Origin: an uncultured Mageeibacillus sp. | GTDB taxonomy: Bacteria; Bacillota; Clostridia; Saccharofermentanales; DTU023 | DNA length: 64,000 nt | Direction: 5' to 3' | Assembly (NCBI GenBank): GCA_964606165.1 | Contig: CAZSFQ010000006.1 | Location: 3,035 to 67,034, forward strand | In this document: one piece after another, positions 25,833-36,047 of the stretch | Layout: every line of letters starts with the position of its first letter | Numbering within the stretch: position 1 is the stretch's first letter | Position numbers and translations under genes: made by a program | The notes under the pieces: generated by a model | What the model was told of the DNA's origin: nothing | The model's database searches: none | What the model saw: the letters and a program-made list of their open reading frames with translations, nothing else

Positions 25833-27548
25833 ATGAGTCGAAAGAAAAAAGAAGAAATAGAAAGCACAAGCAAGAAAAATACTGGACAAAAATTACGTGT
25901 CATTCCGCTCGGCGGCATGCGCGAAATAGGGAAAAACATGACCGTCTTTGAATACGGTGATGACCTGATCGTCATCGACTGCGGCATGGCCTTTCCTGAT
26001 ACCAGGATGCCTGGCATCGATATCATCATCCCGGACTTTCACTACCTTCGGGAGAACCGCGACAAGATTCGCGGGATTCTGATCACGCACGGCCACGAAG
26101 ACCATATCGGGGCCCTGCCCTGGCTTTTAAAGGAATTCGATGTCCCCGTCTACGCGACGCCCATGACCATGAAGCTGATCGAGATCAAACTCGAGAATAC
26201 GCGTCCCAAAGTGGAAAGCAAAAAGCTCCAGGTCGTACGGGCCGGCGATTCACTTTCAATCGGGGCTTTTGGGATTGAGTTTATCCATGTCAACCATTCG
26301 ATCGCGGACGCGGTCTCCATCGCCCTGACGACACCCGTGGGAACCGTCTTTTTTACAGGGGACTTCAAGATCGACTACACACCGACCACGGTGGATCCCA
26401 TCGATCTGGGGAAAATCGCGGAGATCGGCAACCGCGGCGTCCTGGCCCTCATCTCCGAGAGCACCAACGCCGAGCGGCCGGGACACTCCCTGTCGGAAAG
26501 GGAGGTCGGCAAGGCCTTCAAGGATATCTTCTCCGAAGCCGCGGGCCGAATCATAGTAGCCACCTTCTCGTCCAATGTCTTCCGCTTGCAGCAGGTCATC
26601 TCAACAGCCGAGTCATTCGGCCGCAAGGTACTGATCCTGGGGCGGAGCATGCTCAATGTCTTTGAAGCGGCAAACAGCCTGGGCTATCTTTCCTACCAGC
26701 CGTCCACCATCATGGATATCCAAAGCATCGACAGCTTTCCCGCGGAAGAAATCGTCATCCTGGCGACCGGAAGCCAGGGTGAACCCATGTCAGCCCTTTC
26801 GAGGCTGGCCTATTCGGAACACCGCAGCACGGAAATCATGGAAGGCGACACGGTAATCCTGTCGTCCAGCATGATCCCCGGCAACGAAGAGGCCATCTAC
26901 CGGGTCGTCAACGAGCTCTTCATGAAAGGGGCCCAGGTAATCTACGAATCGCTATCGGAAGTCCACGCCTCAGGCCACGCCTGCCAGGATGAGTTGAAGC
27001 AGATCCTGACCCTGACAAAGCCCCGCTATTTTATCCCCTCGCACGGCGAATTCCGCATGCTCTACCGGCACGCGGAGCTGGCCAGCAAGATGGGGATTCC
27101 CAATGAGCGGATTGTGCTTTCGAAAAACGGCGAGATCCTCGAATTTTCGGAAGACGGCAGCCTGAACTTCACCGGCTATACCGAGGGAGCCGGTATCCTG
27201 ATCGACGGGTCGGGCATGGGCGACGTTGACGAGTACGTACTGAACGACCGTCTCCGTCTGGCGGATGAAGGCGTCGTTTCGGTCACCATCGTCATCGATG
27301 CCCAGGCCAACCGCCTCTACGGCGACCCTGTCGTTCAGGCCAAGGGCTTCATCTACGAAAGTGAGATGAAGCACGTCATTGAACTTTGTCAGGAGCGGGT
27401 CAAGGAAATCGCCGGCGAATTGTGGAGCAAGAAAAAACCGCTGGGCGCTCACATGACATCGGATGACATGAAAGACAAGATCCAAAAGACCCTCTTCGAA
27501 CTGACAAGAAGAAGGCCGGTCGTCATGGTGGCTGTCGTCGCCATTTGA
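25833..27548 (+). CDS. rnj: ribonuclease J
   Basis: Beta-CASP metallo-beta-lactamase: ITHGHEDHIGALPW, and SGHACQDELK. Confidence 0.95.
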   Translation: MSRKKKEEIESTSKKNTGQKLRVIPLGGMREIGKNMTVFEYGDDLIVIDCGMAFPDTRMPGIDIIIPDFHYLRENRDKIRGILITHGHEDHIGALPWLLKEFDVPVYATPMTMKLIEIKLENTRPKVESKKLQVVRAGDSLSIGAFGIEFIHVNHSIADAVSIALTTPVGTVFFTGDFKIDYTPTTVDPIDLGKIAEIGNRGVLALISESTNAERPGHSLSEREVGKAFKDIFSEAAGRIIVATFSSNVFRLQQVISTAESFGRKVLILGRSMLNVFEAANSLGYLSYQPSTIMDIQSIDSFPAEEIVILATGSQGEPMSALSRLAYSEHRSTEIMEGDTVILSSSMIPGNEEAIYRVVNELFMKGAQVIYESLSEVHASGHACQDELKQILTLTKPRYFIPSHGEFRMLYRHAELASKMGIPNERIVLSKNGEILEFSEDGSLNFTGYTEGAGILIDGSGMGDVDEYVLNDRLRLADEGVVSVTIVIDAQANRLYGDPVVQAKGFIYESEMKHVIELCQERVKEIAGELWSKKKPLGAHMTSDDMKDKIQKTLFELTRRRPVVMVAVVAI

Positions 27549-27549
27549 A

Positions 27550-29898
27550 TCAGTTGTGACCGCGTGAGACGCTGACAACGCTGTCGATGGCCTTGATCCG
27601 GCCTACCAGCTTGTCATACTGTTCCTGGTTTTCAATTTCAACGGTGAGAAGAAGATTGGCGCTGATATCGCGGGCCGACGAGATGCGGGCCGCCTGGACG
27701 GGAATTTGCTCATCGGCGATGGCCGCTGATATTTCTGCCAGAAGATTGGTTCTGTCGCGCGCGATAATCCGGATATCGACCGGGTACTTGTGGTGCGATT
27801 CCGGCGCCTGTGTCGTCCACTCGACATCAATCAGGCGCGAGGCACGCTCGGCGTCCTCCGGCGACCGGTCGAAAGAGTTGAGGATATTGCGGATATTGGG
27901 ACAGTCAATCCGGTGGATGGCCACCCCCATCCCGCGCGTTACGTAGCCAATAATCTGGTCCCCCGGCACAGGGTTGCAGCACCGCGACATTTTAAGCAGG
28001 GCATTGTCAAGCCCCCGCACCTTGACCGGAATATCGGGCAGCTTCCGCTGTCTTTTTTTAGCTATTTTCGGCGCGGCCTTGTCCAGAATCAGCGCCTCGC
28101 TCACCAGCAGATTGGACGGATTGAAGATGACCTGGCCCGATTTGGAAACGCGGTAACCAAGCTTGACCCTTTCTTCCTCCGGCAGTGACATGACATAAGC
28201 ATCCCGAAGTTTGGGAACGACCCGTCCCGCGGGAAGGCCGCCATAGCCTACTCCGGCCAGCAGGTCGTCAAGCGAATGAATGGAGTAGCGCTTCAGTATG
28301 GGCGTATAAAACTCTTTTTTCAGGAAGTCCGACGAATGAAAGCCAAGTTTTTGGATTTCGCGGTCCAGGAGCTCACGCCCCCGGACAATATTCTCATCAC
28401 GGCGTTCGCGCTTGAACCAGGATGAGATCTTGTTGCGGGCCGTGCCGCTCTTGACGATATTGAGCCAGTCCCGCGACGGACCGCGCACCTTGTCGGAGGT
28501 CAGGATCTCGACGATATCCCCGTTTTTCAGTTCGTAAGTCAGTGAGACCATGCGGCCGTTGACCTTGGCCCCGTACATGGAATTGCCGATATCACTGTGG
28601 ATGTGATAAGCGAAATCGACCGGTACAGCGCCCGACGGAAGCGAGATCACCTTGCCCATGGGCGTGAAGACGAAGACTTCCTCGGGGATCAGGCCTTCCT
28701 TCAGGGCATCCATGTAGTCGTGGGCGTCGCTCATATCGCTTTGCCATTCAAGAAGCTGACGGAGCCAGGACAGGCGAATCTCAAAGATATCCTGCCTTTT
28801 CTCCGTCGAGCCCTCTTTATAGCGCCAGTGGGCCGCGATGCCGTATTCTGCCGTCCGGTGCATCTCCTCGGTCCGGATCTGAACTTCAAAGGGAATCCCC
28901 CTGTGACCGATGACGGTAGTGTGAAGAGACTGATAGCCGTTTGTCTTGGGCATGGCGATGTAGTCACGGAATCTTCCGGGAATGGGCTTGTAAAGCTCGT
29001 GCACAAGACCGAGAACAGCGTAGCATTCACTGACGGTTGGAACGATGATCCGGGTGGCGAATAAATCGTAGATTTCGTCAAGCTGCTTGGCCTGGGTCTT
29101 CATCTTGCGGTAGATGCTGTAAAAATGCTTGGGCCTGCCCTCGATTTCGGCCGCGATCCCCATGGCAGCGATCTTTATGGTCAGTTCCTCCGTGATTTCA
29201 TTCAAATATTCCTCACGGTCTGAACGGCGCTGGGACAACATGCCGACCAGCTCATAGTAGGCATCGGGATCCAGGTAGCGCAAACTCAGGTCCTCAAGTT
29301 CCCACTTGATCCGGTGAATGCCGAGGCGGGCAGCAAGGGGCGCGTAGATGTCCAAAGTTTCACGTGCGGTCGCCACCTGCTTGTCCGGTTCCTTGTATTT
29401 CATGGTGCGCATGTTGTGAAGCCTGTCTGCCAGCTTGATCAGGACGACACGGATGTCCTTGGCCATGGCAAGAAACATTTTTCGAAAATTCTGCGCCTGC
29501 ATCTCTTCTTTCGAAGAGTAGGAGATCCGGGATAACTTGGTGACACCATCGACAAGCTCGGCAACATCCTTTCCCAGGACTTCCCTGATCTCATCAAGGG
29601 TCACGTCGGTGTCTTCAACCGTATCGTGAACCAGCGAGGCCGCCAGCGTGTGGTCATCGACCAATCCCAGGTCAAAGAGGATTTTCATGGCGGCGACGGG
29701 GTGAATGATGTAGGGTTCGCCGGTCGCTCGAAACTGATCTTTGTGGGCCTCCTTGGACAAGTTGTAAGCGGCAGCGAGAAGCGAGGCATCGTCTTGGTGC
29801 GCCGCTCTTTTCCAGCTCTCAATAAACCGGTCCATCTCGGCGTCTGTTTTTGCCAGTATTTCGACTTGTACCGCTGTGTAAACAACCGGCTCCATCAT
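27550..29898 (-). CDS. relA: bifunctional (p)ppGpp synthetase/hydrolase (Rel/RSH long form)
   Basis: HD domain (HDTVEDT), synthetase domain (YQSLHTTV), and TGS and ACT regions. The start ATG at 29898 forms an ATGA overlap with the recJ stop codon. Confidence 0.9.
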   Translation of the reverse strand: MMEPVVYTAVQVEILAKTDAEMDRFIESWKRAAHQDDASLLAAAYNLSKEAHKDQFRATGEPYIIHPVAAMKILFDLGLVDDHTLAASLVHDTVEDTDVTLDEIREVLGKDVAELVDGVTKLSRISYSSKEEMQAQNFRKMFLAMAKDIRVVLIKLADRLHNMRTMKYKEPDKQVATARETLDIYAPLAARLGIHRIKWELEDLSLRYLDPDAYYELVGMLSQRRSDREEYLNEITEELTIKIAAMGIAAEIEGRPKHFYSIYRKMKTQAKQLDEIYDLFATRIIVPTVSECYAVLGLVHELYKPIPGRFRDYIAMPKTNGYQSLHTTVIGHRGIPFEVQIRTEEMHRTAEYGIAAHWRYKEGSTEKRQDIFEIRLSWLRQLLEWQSDMSDAHDYMDALKEGLIPEEVFVFTPMGKVISLPSGAVPVDFAYHIHSDIGNSMYGAKVNGRMVSLTYELKNGDIVEILTSDKVRGPSRDWLNIVKSGTARNKISSWFKRERRDENIVRGRELLDREIQKLGFHSSDFLKKEFYTPILKRYSIHSLDDLLAGVGYGGLPAGRVVPKLRDAYVMSLPEEERVKLGYRVSKSGQVIFNPSNLLVSEALILDKAAPKIAKKRQRKLPDIPVKVRGLDNALLKMSRCCNPVPGDQIIGYVTRGMGVAIHRIDCPNIRNILNSFDRSPEDAERASRLIDVEWTTQAPESHHKYPVDIRIIARDRTNLLAEISAAIADEQIPVQAARISSARDISANLLLTVEIENQEQYDKLVGRIKAIDSVVSVSRGHN

Positions 29899-32081
29899 TC
29901 GACGGCCACCCCCAGCGCCTTCATTTTCTCCCACAAGGGGGAATCTGACAGTGCGGGTCTTTTCCCTTCCTGTTCAATTTTGGTGCAGCTAAAGCTCCCG
30001 TCCCCCTTATCGCTCAGGCGAACAAGGCCGGCTTGGTCGAAGATGGCGAGCGCCAGCAGAACTTCAAGAGCCTTTGCTTCCTCATTATAACGGTGTGACA
30101 GGAGCCATGCCAGACGAAGGGGCAGAAAGGTCAGGGACCTGTCTTTCAAATCGCAAAGCGATTCCAGGATTTTCCAAAGCGACCGGAAGAGGGAGGCGGG
30201 AAGCGACAGGCCTTGGTCTTCCAATTCCTTTTCATCCGTCTCAGCCTTTTCCAACCATCTGCCGTAGTCCTTGACAGCCCGGTCATTCACCCCGTCGTGG
30301 CGGGCCGGCCGGAGCTCGATCAACCTCATTTGTACTGTTTCCTGGTCGCGCCAGCGGTTGATCTCGGGAACGGCCAGGATTTCGACAGTATCCCCAAGTC
30401 TATAAAAAGCTTCCTCACCGCTGCGGTTGAAAAGAAGCGCGTCGAACAAGAGCATGGAGGGATCAGGTGTTCGAAGCGCGAACTTGAGGTGCCGTCCGTC
30501 ACCAACCCGGGTCATGCCTTCGACGGTCAAATCCTCCATCCAGACAAGGGGGCGCTCGAAACCGTTCCCTGTCGGCTCGAAGGTATCAAATTGCCTGATC
30601 AGGTCTGCCTGGAGCTCACCGCCTGTCAGGGCGATGTCGGCAAGGTGGGCCTGTTGACGCTCCTTTCGGGGAATCGCCTCGACTGCCTGTGTAATCTTGT
30701 CGCGGAAAGCATCCAGATTTTCTGCCTTGAGGGTCAAACCCGCGGCGCCCGCGTGACCGCCGTACCTCTCCATCAGGGGTGCGGCCGTGTGGAGGATCTT
30801 AATCAAATCGAGATTGCCATAGCTGCGCGCCGAGCCTGTCAGCAGGCCGTCTTCCTCATTCAGGGTAATGGCAGGCACACGCAATTTCTCAACCAGACGG
30901 GAGCTGACGATACCCATGACACCGGCGTGCCAACCTTTGCCGACAGCGATGGCAAGGGCGGACGCTCCGTGGCAGCATGGGCTGGTCACCGCATCCAATG
31001 CCTGTGAAAAAATGTCCTGTTCCACCAGCCTGCGCTCTTGATTCAGCTGATCAAGTTCCCGCGCCAGATGCCCGGCCCTGGCAGGGTCCTCTTCCAGCAA
31101 GAGATCAAGCGCCAGCCTGACATCACCCATCCTGCCGGCCGCGTTCAGCCGGGGAGCCAGGGAAAAGGCAATATCACGGGCCGTCAAGCCCTTGTCGCTT
31201 CGCCCCAGCCGGTCAATCGACCGTAAGCCGTGCGGCGCAGATCTTTCAAAAGCGGCCAGCCCTTCCCGGACGATGATCCGGTTGACGCCGACAAGCGGCA
31301 TGACATCGGCAACCGTGCCGACCGCGGCAAGGACGAGCAGGCGGGGCCGGCAATCCGCGATCCTGCCCCGCATCTGGTCAAGCGCCAGAGTCAGCATCAA
31401 GGCCACCCCCGCGCCCGAAAGCTGGGCGAATGGATAGGTTTCCCCGGCAAGCATGGGGTTGATCAGAGGCGCTCCCGCCTCTTCAAAAGCCTGTGTCGCC
31501 AGGTGGTGATCAGTCACGATGACATCCATGCCCCGGTCCATCAAATCCCTGACCAGGTCAGGTGATGAAGTTCCTGTGTCGACGGTGATCACGAGGTCGG
31601 GCCGGTGGAGTTCGATCTCGTCAACCAGGGCGGGCGAAAGGCCGTAGCCGTCATCAAAACGGTCGGGAATCAGGATATGGGCTTCATGTCCCCGCTCTGT
31701 CAAATAGCAGGAAAGCAGGGCAGCCGCTGTCAGCCCGTCCGCGTCGTAGTCGCCGAAGATGAGAATGCGGGGATGCCCCCTGTCCAGGTGGCTTTCAAGC
31801 AAATGACAGGCCTCCCCCATGGAGCGAAAGAGAAAGGGATCCGGAAGCTGGTCAAAGGAAGCGTCGAACAGCTCCCTTCGTTTTTCTTCCGTGTCAATGC
31901 CCCGCGCCTCCAGGACCCGGTCCAAAACAGGCCTGCCGCTCTCACGCCAAGCGGGGTCCTCGACCAGTTCCCAAGGAACCGGCATCAGCCAGTTCAATAA
32001 TTCCTGTCTGGAAATCTCTTGATGCACGGGGACTTTTCCTGCCTTCTCTTCCATAGAAAAGAGGTCCGCTGTCAGACGCAA
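29895..32081 (-). CDS. recJ: single-stranded-DNA-specific exonuclease RecJ
   Basis: DHH motifs (IFGDYDADGLTAAA, VTDHH) and DHHA1 (GGHAGAAG). The putative TTG start at 32081 has a GAGAGG RBS, but the start is uncertain. Confidence 0.9.
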   Translation of the reverse strand: MRLTADLFSMEEKAGKVPVHQEISRQELLNWLMPVPWELVEDPAWRESGRPVLDRVLEARGIDTEEKRRELFDASFDQLPDPFLFRSMGEACHLLESHLDRGHPRILIFGDYDADGLTAAALLSCYLTERGHEAHILIPDRFDDGYGLSPALVDEIELHRPDLVITVDTGTSSPDLVRDLMDRGMDVIVTDHHLATQAFEEAGAPLINPMLAGETYPFAQLSGAGVALMLTLALDQMRGRIADCRPRLLVLAAVGTVADVMPLVGVNRIIVREGLAAFERSAPHGLRSIDRLGRSDKGLTARDIAFSLAPRLNAAGRMGDVRLALDLLLEEDPARAGHLARELDQLNQERRLVEQDIFSQALDAVTSPCCHGASALAIAVGKGWHAGVMGIVSSRLVEKLRVPAITLNEEDGLLTGSARSYGNLDLIKILHTAAPLMERYGGHAGAAGLTLKAENLDAFRDKITQAVEAIPRKERQQAHLADIALTGGELQADLIRQFDTFEPTGNGFERPLVWMEDLTVEGMTRVGDGRHLKFALRTPDPSMLLFDALLFNRSGEEAFYRLGDTVEILAVPEINRWRDQETVQMRLIELRPARHDGVNDRAVKDYGRWLEKAETDEKELEDQGLSLPASLFRSLWKILESLCDLKDRSLTFLPLRLAWLLSHRYNEEAKALEVLLALAIFDQAGLVRLSDKGDGSFSCTKIEQEGKRPALSDSPLWEKMKALGVAVE

Positions 32082-32110
32082 CGAACCTCTCTTTTGTCGT
32101 CCTTGAAAAA

Positions 32111-32284
32111 TCAGCGCTTGCGCTTTCTGGCGGCTTCGGCTTTTTTCTTGCGTTTAACACTGGGTTTTTCATAGTGTTCGCGTTTGCGTACTTCAGCCAG
32201 CACGCCGGAACGAGCGCAGGAACGCTTGAAACGTCTCAGCGCACTGTCCAGGGATTCATTTTCCTTTACACGAATCTCCGTCAA
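32111..32284 (-). CDS. rpsU: 30S ribosomal protein S21
   Basis: (L/M)[41 protein letters not shown]... TTG start at 32284 with a GGGGAGGG RBS. Confidence 0.9.
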   Translation of the reverse strand: MTEIRVKENESLDSALRRFKRSCARSGVLAEVRKREHYEKPSVKRKKKAEAARKRKR

Positions 32285-32344
32285 CCTTATCCCTCCCCTC
32301 ACAGTGGACTCTGAGCAACCCTAGAGGATTCACAGTTCCCGAGT

Positions 32345-32374
32345 AGTATACAATGAATATCACTTGAACGTCAA
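32345..32374 (-). promoter_or_regulatory. rpsU promoter candidate
   Basis: On the minus strand: TTGACG, 18 nt, then TATACT preceded by TG. Confidence 0.5.
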
Positions 32375-32420
32375 ATAAAGAAGCCGGGGAAGGGGCAAAG
32401 AGGAGGCTTTGCAAACGACC

Positions 32421-34259
32421 ATGCAGCCAGTGCTATCCAGGAAAAACAAAAACTCGGGCAGGGCCCTGATCCGGCGATCCGCCTCTTTGGCCGCGGCGGC
32501 CGCCTGCCTCTTGTGCCTGCTGCTTCTTCCGGCTCCAAAGGTTTACGCCGCAGAGGGCGGGACCGGCACCCTGGTTGAAAAGGCCGAGGCCGACATCCGG
32601 ATCAATCTGGACGGAACCGTCGATGTCGTGGAGACTATTACTTACCATTTCAGCGGGAAAAAAACGACGATTCCCTTTGATCTGATCTTCCCCCTGGAAG
32701 GCGAACCTCACCTTGAAATGATTGAGCTGGCCAAGGTGGAAGGGGAAGACAGGGGCAAGTACATTCAAATACCCCCGGGCGACAAACTGAAAACACTGCC
32801 CCTCTCCTACACGACCTCCCGCAAGAAGGACAGAATCCGGGTAAATGTCGCCACAACCGGCCTTTCAGGCGGCTACATCTTCCGTATCACCTACCAGTGG
32901 AACCGGGGTCTGGTCATGAAAGAGGGCAAGGCGCTGGTATCGGGCTCCTTGCTTGCCGTCCGTCCTGACACGCGTGTCGAAACAATGAAATGGACCATCC
33001 AATTCCCCGAAGGAGTCCGTATGGACCTGACCCGGGTCGAGCCAATCTCCATCCGGGCCATGACCATGAGCAAAGGCGAGGGGCATAGTATTTCCTACAT
33101 CGATAACCAGGCTTTTTACAAGATCGACGGAATCGGCCTGATCATCAGCATGCCCGGCAGCAGCTTCCCCTTGATTCTCACCGCCTCCGATGACACGCCC
33201 CTTGCCTCCCTTTTCGAGCGGGCGGACTGGCAATCCAGCTACCTGAGCCGGTTTGGCATGCTTCGCCTTTCCATCACAAGTGTTGTTGTCCCCCTGGTCA
33301 TGGCCGGCCTCCTGATCTACGCTGCCCTTTACCTGCTTCAGATCATGAAAGTAAAGCGGCTGCAAAAAGACTTCGCGCTCTGGCCCCTTGCCGAAACACC
33401 CGCCATGGTTGCCAAGCTCGCCCGAATCCGCCCCACGGATTCGCTCCTGCTCCTGGGCACCCTCCTTCACCTGGTCAACCGCAAGGAGGTGGTTTGGCGC
33501 GATGAAATCTTTGAGTGGCGCAACCCCGGCCGCAACGACTTCTCTGCTTTCTCGGCCGGTGAGATTCTTCTTTTGCAGTGGCTGTTTTCAGCTGATGAGC
33601 TTTACGACCACGTACTGGCCCCTGAGCGCTTGCGGACCGCTGCGCGCAATCCCGATTTTAGAGAGCTTGCCCAACGTTTCCGGACACAGGTCGACCGGGA
33701 GTTCAATCACAAGGGCCTGAACAATATGAAACTGACCGCTTCTTTCAAGTTGATCTTTTTGGCCTTTGCCGCCCTGTTTTTCATCATGATGGTTCTTTTT
33801 CTTCTGACCACACACGCGTCAACGGCTCTCCTGCTGCTTATTCCCGCCGGTTTTTTCAGCTTCGGCGGCATGACCTTCCGCTTTTTGACAGAGGCAGGAG
33901 TCGACCGCTTCCTCCGGACGCGTCGCTTCATGCGAATCCTGGCGGCACCACAGGCCATCATCCAGTCATGCCAAGGCCAGCTCAACCAAGCTGAAACCAT
34001 GATCAGCGCCCTGCCGGCGGCTGTGGCCCTGAAAAAGGGGAAAGCCTTCTTTCAGGGGATAAGGGCGCTCCCGCGGCCCTTATTCATGCGGGCTTCCTAC
34101 GCCCTGCTTCATGTCTACCGGCGCCAGCCTGTGCCGGATGGCAACGATCTGGACGCGGAGTGGATGGATGCTGAATACGAGCGGCTGAGCCGTGGAATTG
34201 AAGAAATGGAGCGGATCTTGTCAGCCTGGAAAGAGTTCTTTGACTCCTGCTTTATTTAG
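32421..34259 (+). CDS. DUF2207 domain-containing membrane protein
   Basis: Signal peptide or anchor (LLCLLLLPAPKVYA), an N-terminal extracytoplasmic beta-rich domain (ADIRINLDGTVDVVETITYHFSG) and several TM helices. I prefer the ATG at 32421 over the TTG at 32409, which is too close to AGGAGG. Confidence 0.7.
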   Translation: MQPVLSRKNKNSGRALIRRSASLAAAAACLLCLLLLPAPKVYAAEGGTGTLVEKAEADIRINLDGTVDVVETITYHFSGKKTTIPFDLIFPLEGEPHLEMIELAKVEGEDRGKYIQIPPGDKLKTLPLSYTTSRKKDRIRVNVATTGLSGGYIFRITYQWNRGLVMKEGKALVSGSLLAVRPDTRVETMKWTIQFPEGVRMDLTRVEPISIRAMTMSKGEGHSISYIDNQAFYKIDGIGLIISMPGSSFPLILTASDDTPLASLFERADWQSSYLSRFGMLRLSITSVVVPLVMAGLLIYAALYLLQIMKVKRLQKDFALWPLAETPAMVAKLARIRPTDSLLLLGTLLHLVNRKEVVWRDEIFEWRNPGRNDFSAFSAGEILLLQWLFSADELYDHVLAPERLRTAARNPDFRELAQRFRTQVDREFNHKGLNNMKLTASFKLIFLAFAALFFIMMVLFLLTTHASTALLLLIPAGFFSFGGMTFRFLTEAGVDRFLRTRRFMRILAAPQAIIQSCQGQLNQAETMISALPAAVALKKGKAFFQGIRALPRPLFMRASYALLHVYRRQPVPDGNDLDAEWMDAEYERLSRGIEEMERILSAWKEFFDSCFI

Positions 34260-34764
34260 GGGACGGATCCTGCGCGGGCAGCACAGCGGAAGCGACACAC
34301 AGGCAGGCAATCCCTTCACCGCGCCCACATGAGGTCAGCCCTTCCCCCGTCGTTGCCGTAAGGGCGACGCGGGACACGGGAAGCTTGACCAGGCCGGCAA
34401 TCTCCCCCCGCATCCGGTCGATCAGGCCGGCAAGACGCGGTCTTTTAGCCTCGATTGAAAAGGACAGGTGGGTCAGGCGGATGTCCCCCAGCGACGAAAG
34501 GGCCCGGCTGACGTATGCGCGGCTGTCGACAGTCCCGCCCTGGCACATGGCGTCCGCGACTTCACCCAGGACGCGTTCCCCGCAAAGTCCTGAGATGGCG
34601 TTGGTCAAAGCGTGCAGGACCACGTCAGCGTCGCTGTTACCTTCCAATGGGGGGCCCTGGTCGATCACCACGCCTCCCAGCACCAGCGGCCTGTTTTTTG
34701 CCGCCGGGTCGTCTTCCGGCAAAAACCGATGGCTGTCCTGCCCGATCGCGCTGATGGAAATCAC
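34252..34764 (-). CDS. IspF (2-C-methyl-D-erythritol 2,4-cyclodiphosphate synthase)-like protein, divergent
   Basis: IGQDSHRF, LGGVVI, GNSDADVVLHAL and TATTGEGLTSCGRGEGIA align along the whole of IspF. The GHSDADV His is Asn here, and the DIGKxFPDTD segment is not conserved. Confidence 0.65.
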   Translation of the reverse strand: MISISAIGQDSHRFLPEDDPAAKNRPLVLGGVVIDQGPPLEGNSDADVVLHALTNAISGLCGERVLGEVADAMCQGGTVDSRAYVSRALSSLGDIRLTHLSFSIEAKRPRLAGLIDRMRGEIAGLVKLPVSRVALTATTGEGLTSCGRGEGIACLCVASAVLPAQDPSPK

Positions 34765-35393
34765 TCTTCCGCCCTCTTTCTTGCCTGCGAGGCCTTGAGC
34801 ACATGATACCCTTTTGCCCGGGCAAGGGTCACCACCTGGCCAAAATAAGATCCGAGCTCGCGCCTGGCCGACGCCGCCCCCTGCTTGACCCGGATAACAA
34901 GATAGAGGCTTCCCTCTGGTGTCAGGCTCTCTGCCGCCTCCTGAAAGATGCGGTAAACAGTTTCCTTTCCCGCGCGGATCGGCGGGTTGGTCAAAATAAG
35001 GTCGAAGATTCCCTCAGGCACACCGTCCCATTCGACAAAACGGACACGGCCGCTTACAGAGGCCCGCTTCGCGTTGTCAGCCGCCAGCTCAAGCGCGCGC
35101 CTGTTGATATCGCTGCCTGTAACCTCCAGCCGGGGACGGAGTTTTGCCAGCGCAACAGCCATGACACCAACCCCTGTGCCCAGGTCAAGAAGGCTGGCCT
35201 GCCGGTCTCTCAACTCCCCCAGAACTGTCTTCACCAGCAGATCGGTGCCCGGATCCAGACGATGCCGTGAAAACACACCGCTGTCCGTGCGAAATTGAAA
35301 GACAAGACCTTCCCATTCGGCTTCAACCAGGAAGGGTTGATGGGCTGTGCCCGGGTCGGGGTCGAAATAATGTGAATGTCCGCCAGCCGTCAT
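34761..35393 (-). CDS. class I SAM-dependent methyltransferase (RsmC/RlmG-like 'small domain' type)
   Basis: LLDLGTGVGVM (motif I) and LILTNPPIRAG (NPP motif). It overlaps both neighbouring genes by 4 nt. Confidence 0.8.
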   Translation of the reverse strand: MTAGGHSHYFDPDPGTAHQPFLVEAEWEGLVFQFRTDSGVFSRHRLDPGTDLLVKTVLGELRDRQASLLDLGTGVGVMAVALAKLRPRLEVTGSDINRRALELAADNAKRASVSGRVRFVEWDGVPEGIFDLILTNPPIRAGKETVYRIFQEAAESLTPEGSLYLVIRVKQGAASARRELGSYFGQVVTLARAKGYHVLKASQARKRAEE

Positions 35394-36040
35394 TTTCTTC
35401 TTTGGCCTTTCAGGGATTCACTTTCAGTCAGATAGACGCGCCGTGCCCAAGGCGTCTTTTTCAAGGCCGACAAGAGGGGCAAGCCGATCCCATACACAAC
35501 CAGGGACTGGGAAAGGAAGAGGGCTCCAACACTGCCGGCAAGCAGGGCCGGACTGACCTGGCCGGGCCGGATCAAAAAAGGCAGGTAACTGCCGACAACC
35601 AGGGCGTTAAGCAGGACGGGAGGCAGCAGAGGCACCAGCCGCGCCGTTAAATCCCGGCTGCAAAACCCTTTGGGCTCCGGCCTTTCTCCCCTCGCCTCCC
35701 CGGCCAGCCAGCGGCGCCAGGGTTTTGCCAGGCGCCAGGTCAAAAGAGCCGCCAGCAGAGTGACGGCACTGCCGCCCAGGATGTCAACCAGTCCGAGCGG
35801 GGCCGGGTTGAGAAGATTTGCCAGAAGGCAGCCGGCGAACACACCCACGATGGCAGAAGGAAAAAGGGCAGGAAGCGCGGTCAGTGCTTCCGCCAGTCTC
35901 AGTTGAATGAAAGAGAAACTCATGAAAGGGGTGACCAGGGTCAGCGCCATGTAAAGGGCGGCAATGAGGGCGCTCTGGGTCAGCGCGGCAAGCGCGGCAG
36001 CTCCCGGCCGCTTTTTCTGCCCTGGTCCGGGAGTGTCCAT
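35390..36040 (-). CDS. queT: queuosine precursor transporter QueT family protein
   Basis: AALTQSALIAALYMALTLV...IQLRLAEALTALPALFP...GCLLANL are typical QueT helices. It carries an Arg-rich insertion of about 30 aa. Confidence 0.75.
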   Translation of the reverse strand: MDTPGPGQKKRPGAAALAALTQSALIAALYMALTLVTPFMSFSFIQLRLAEALTALPALFPSAIVGVFAGCLLANLLNPAPLGLVDILGGSAVTLLAALLTWRLAKPWRRWLAGEARGERPEPKGFCSRDLTARLVPLLPPVLLNALVVGSYLPFLIRPGQVSPALLAGSVGALFLSQSLVVYGIGLPLLSALKKTPWARRVYLTESESLKGQRRK

Positions 36041-36047
36041 GGCCCGG

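Noticed and set aside
36041-36047. preQ1 riboswitch in front of queT.
   Set aside because: Only 7 nt separate the ileS stop from the queT start, which leaves no room for an aptamer.
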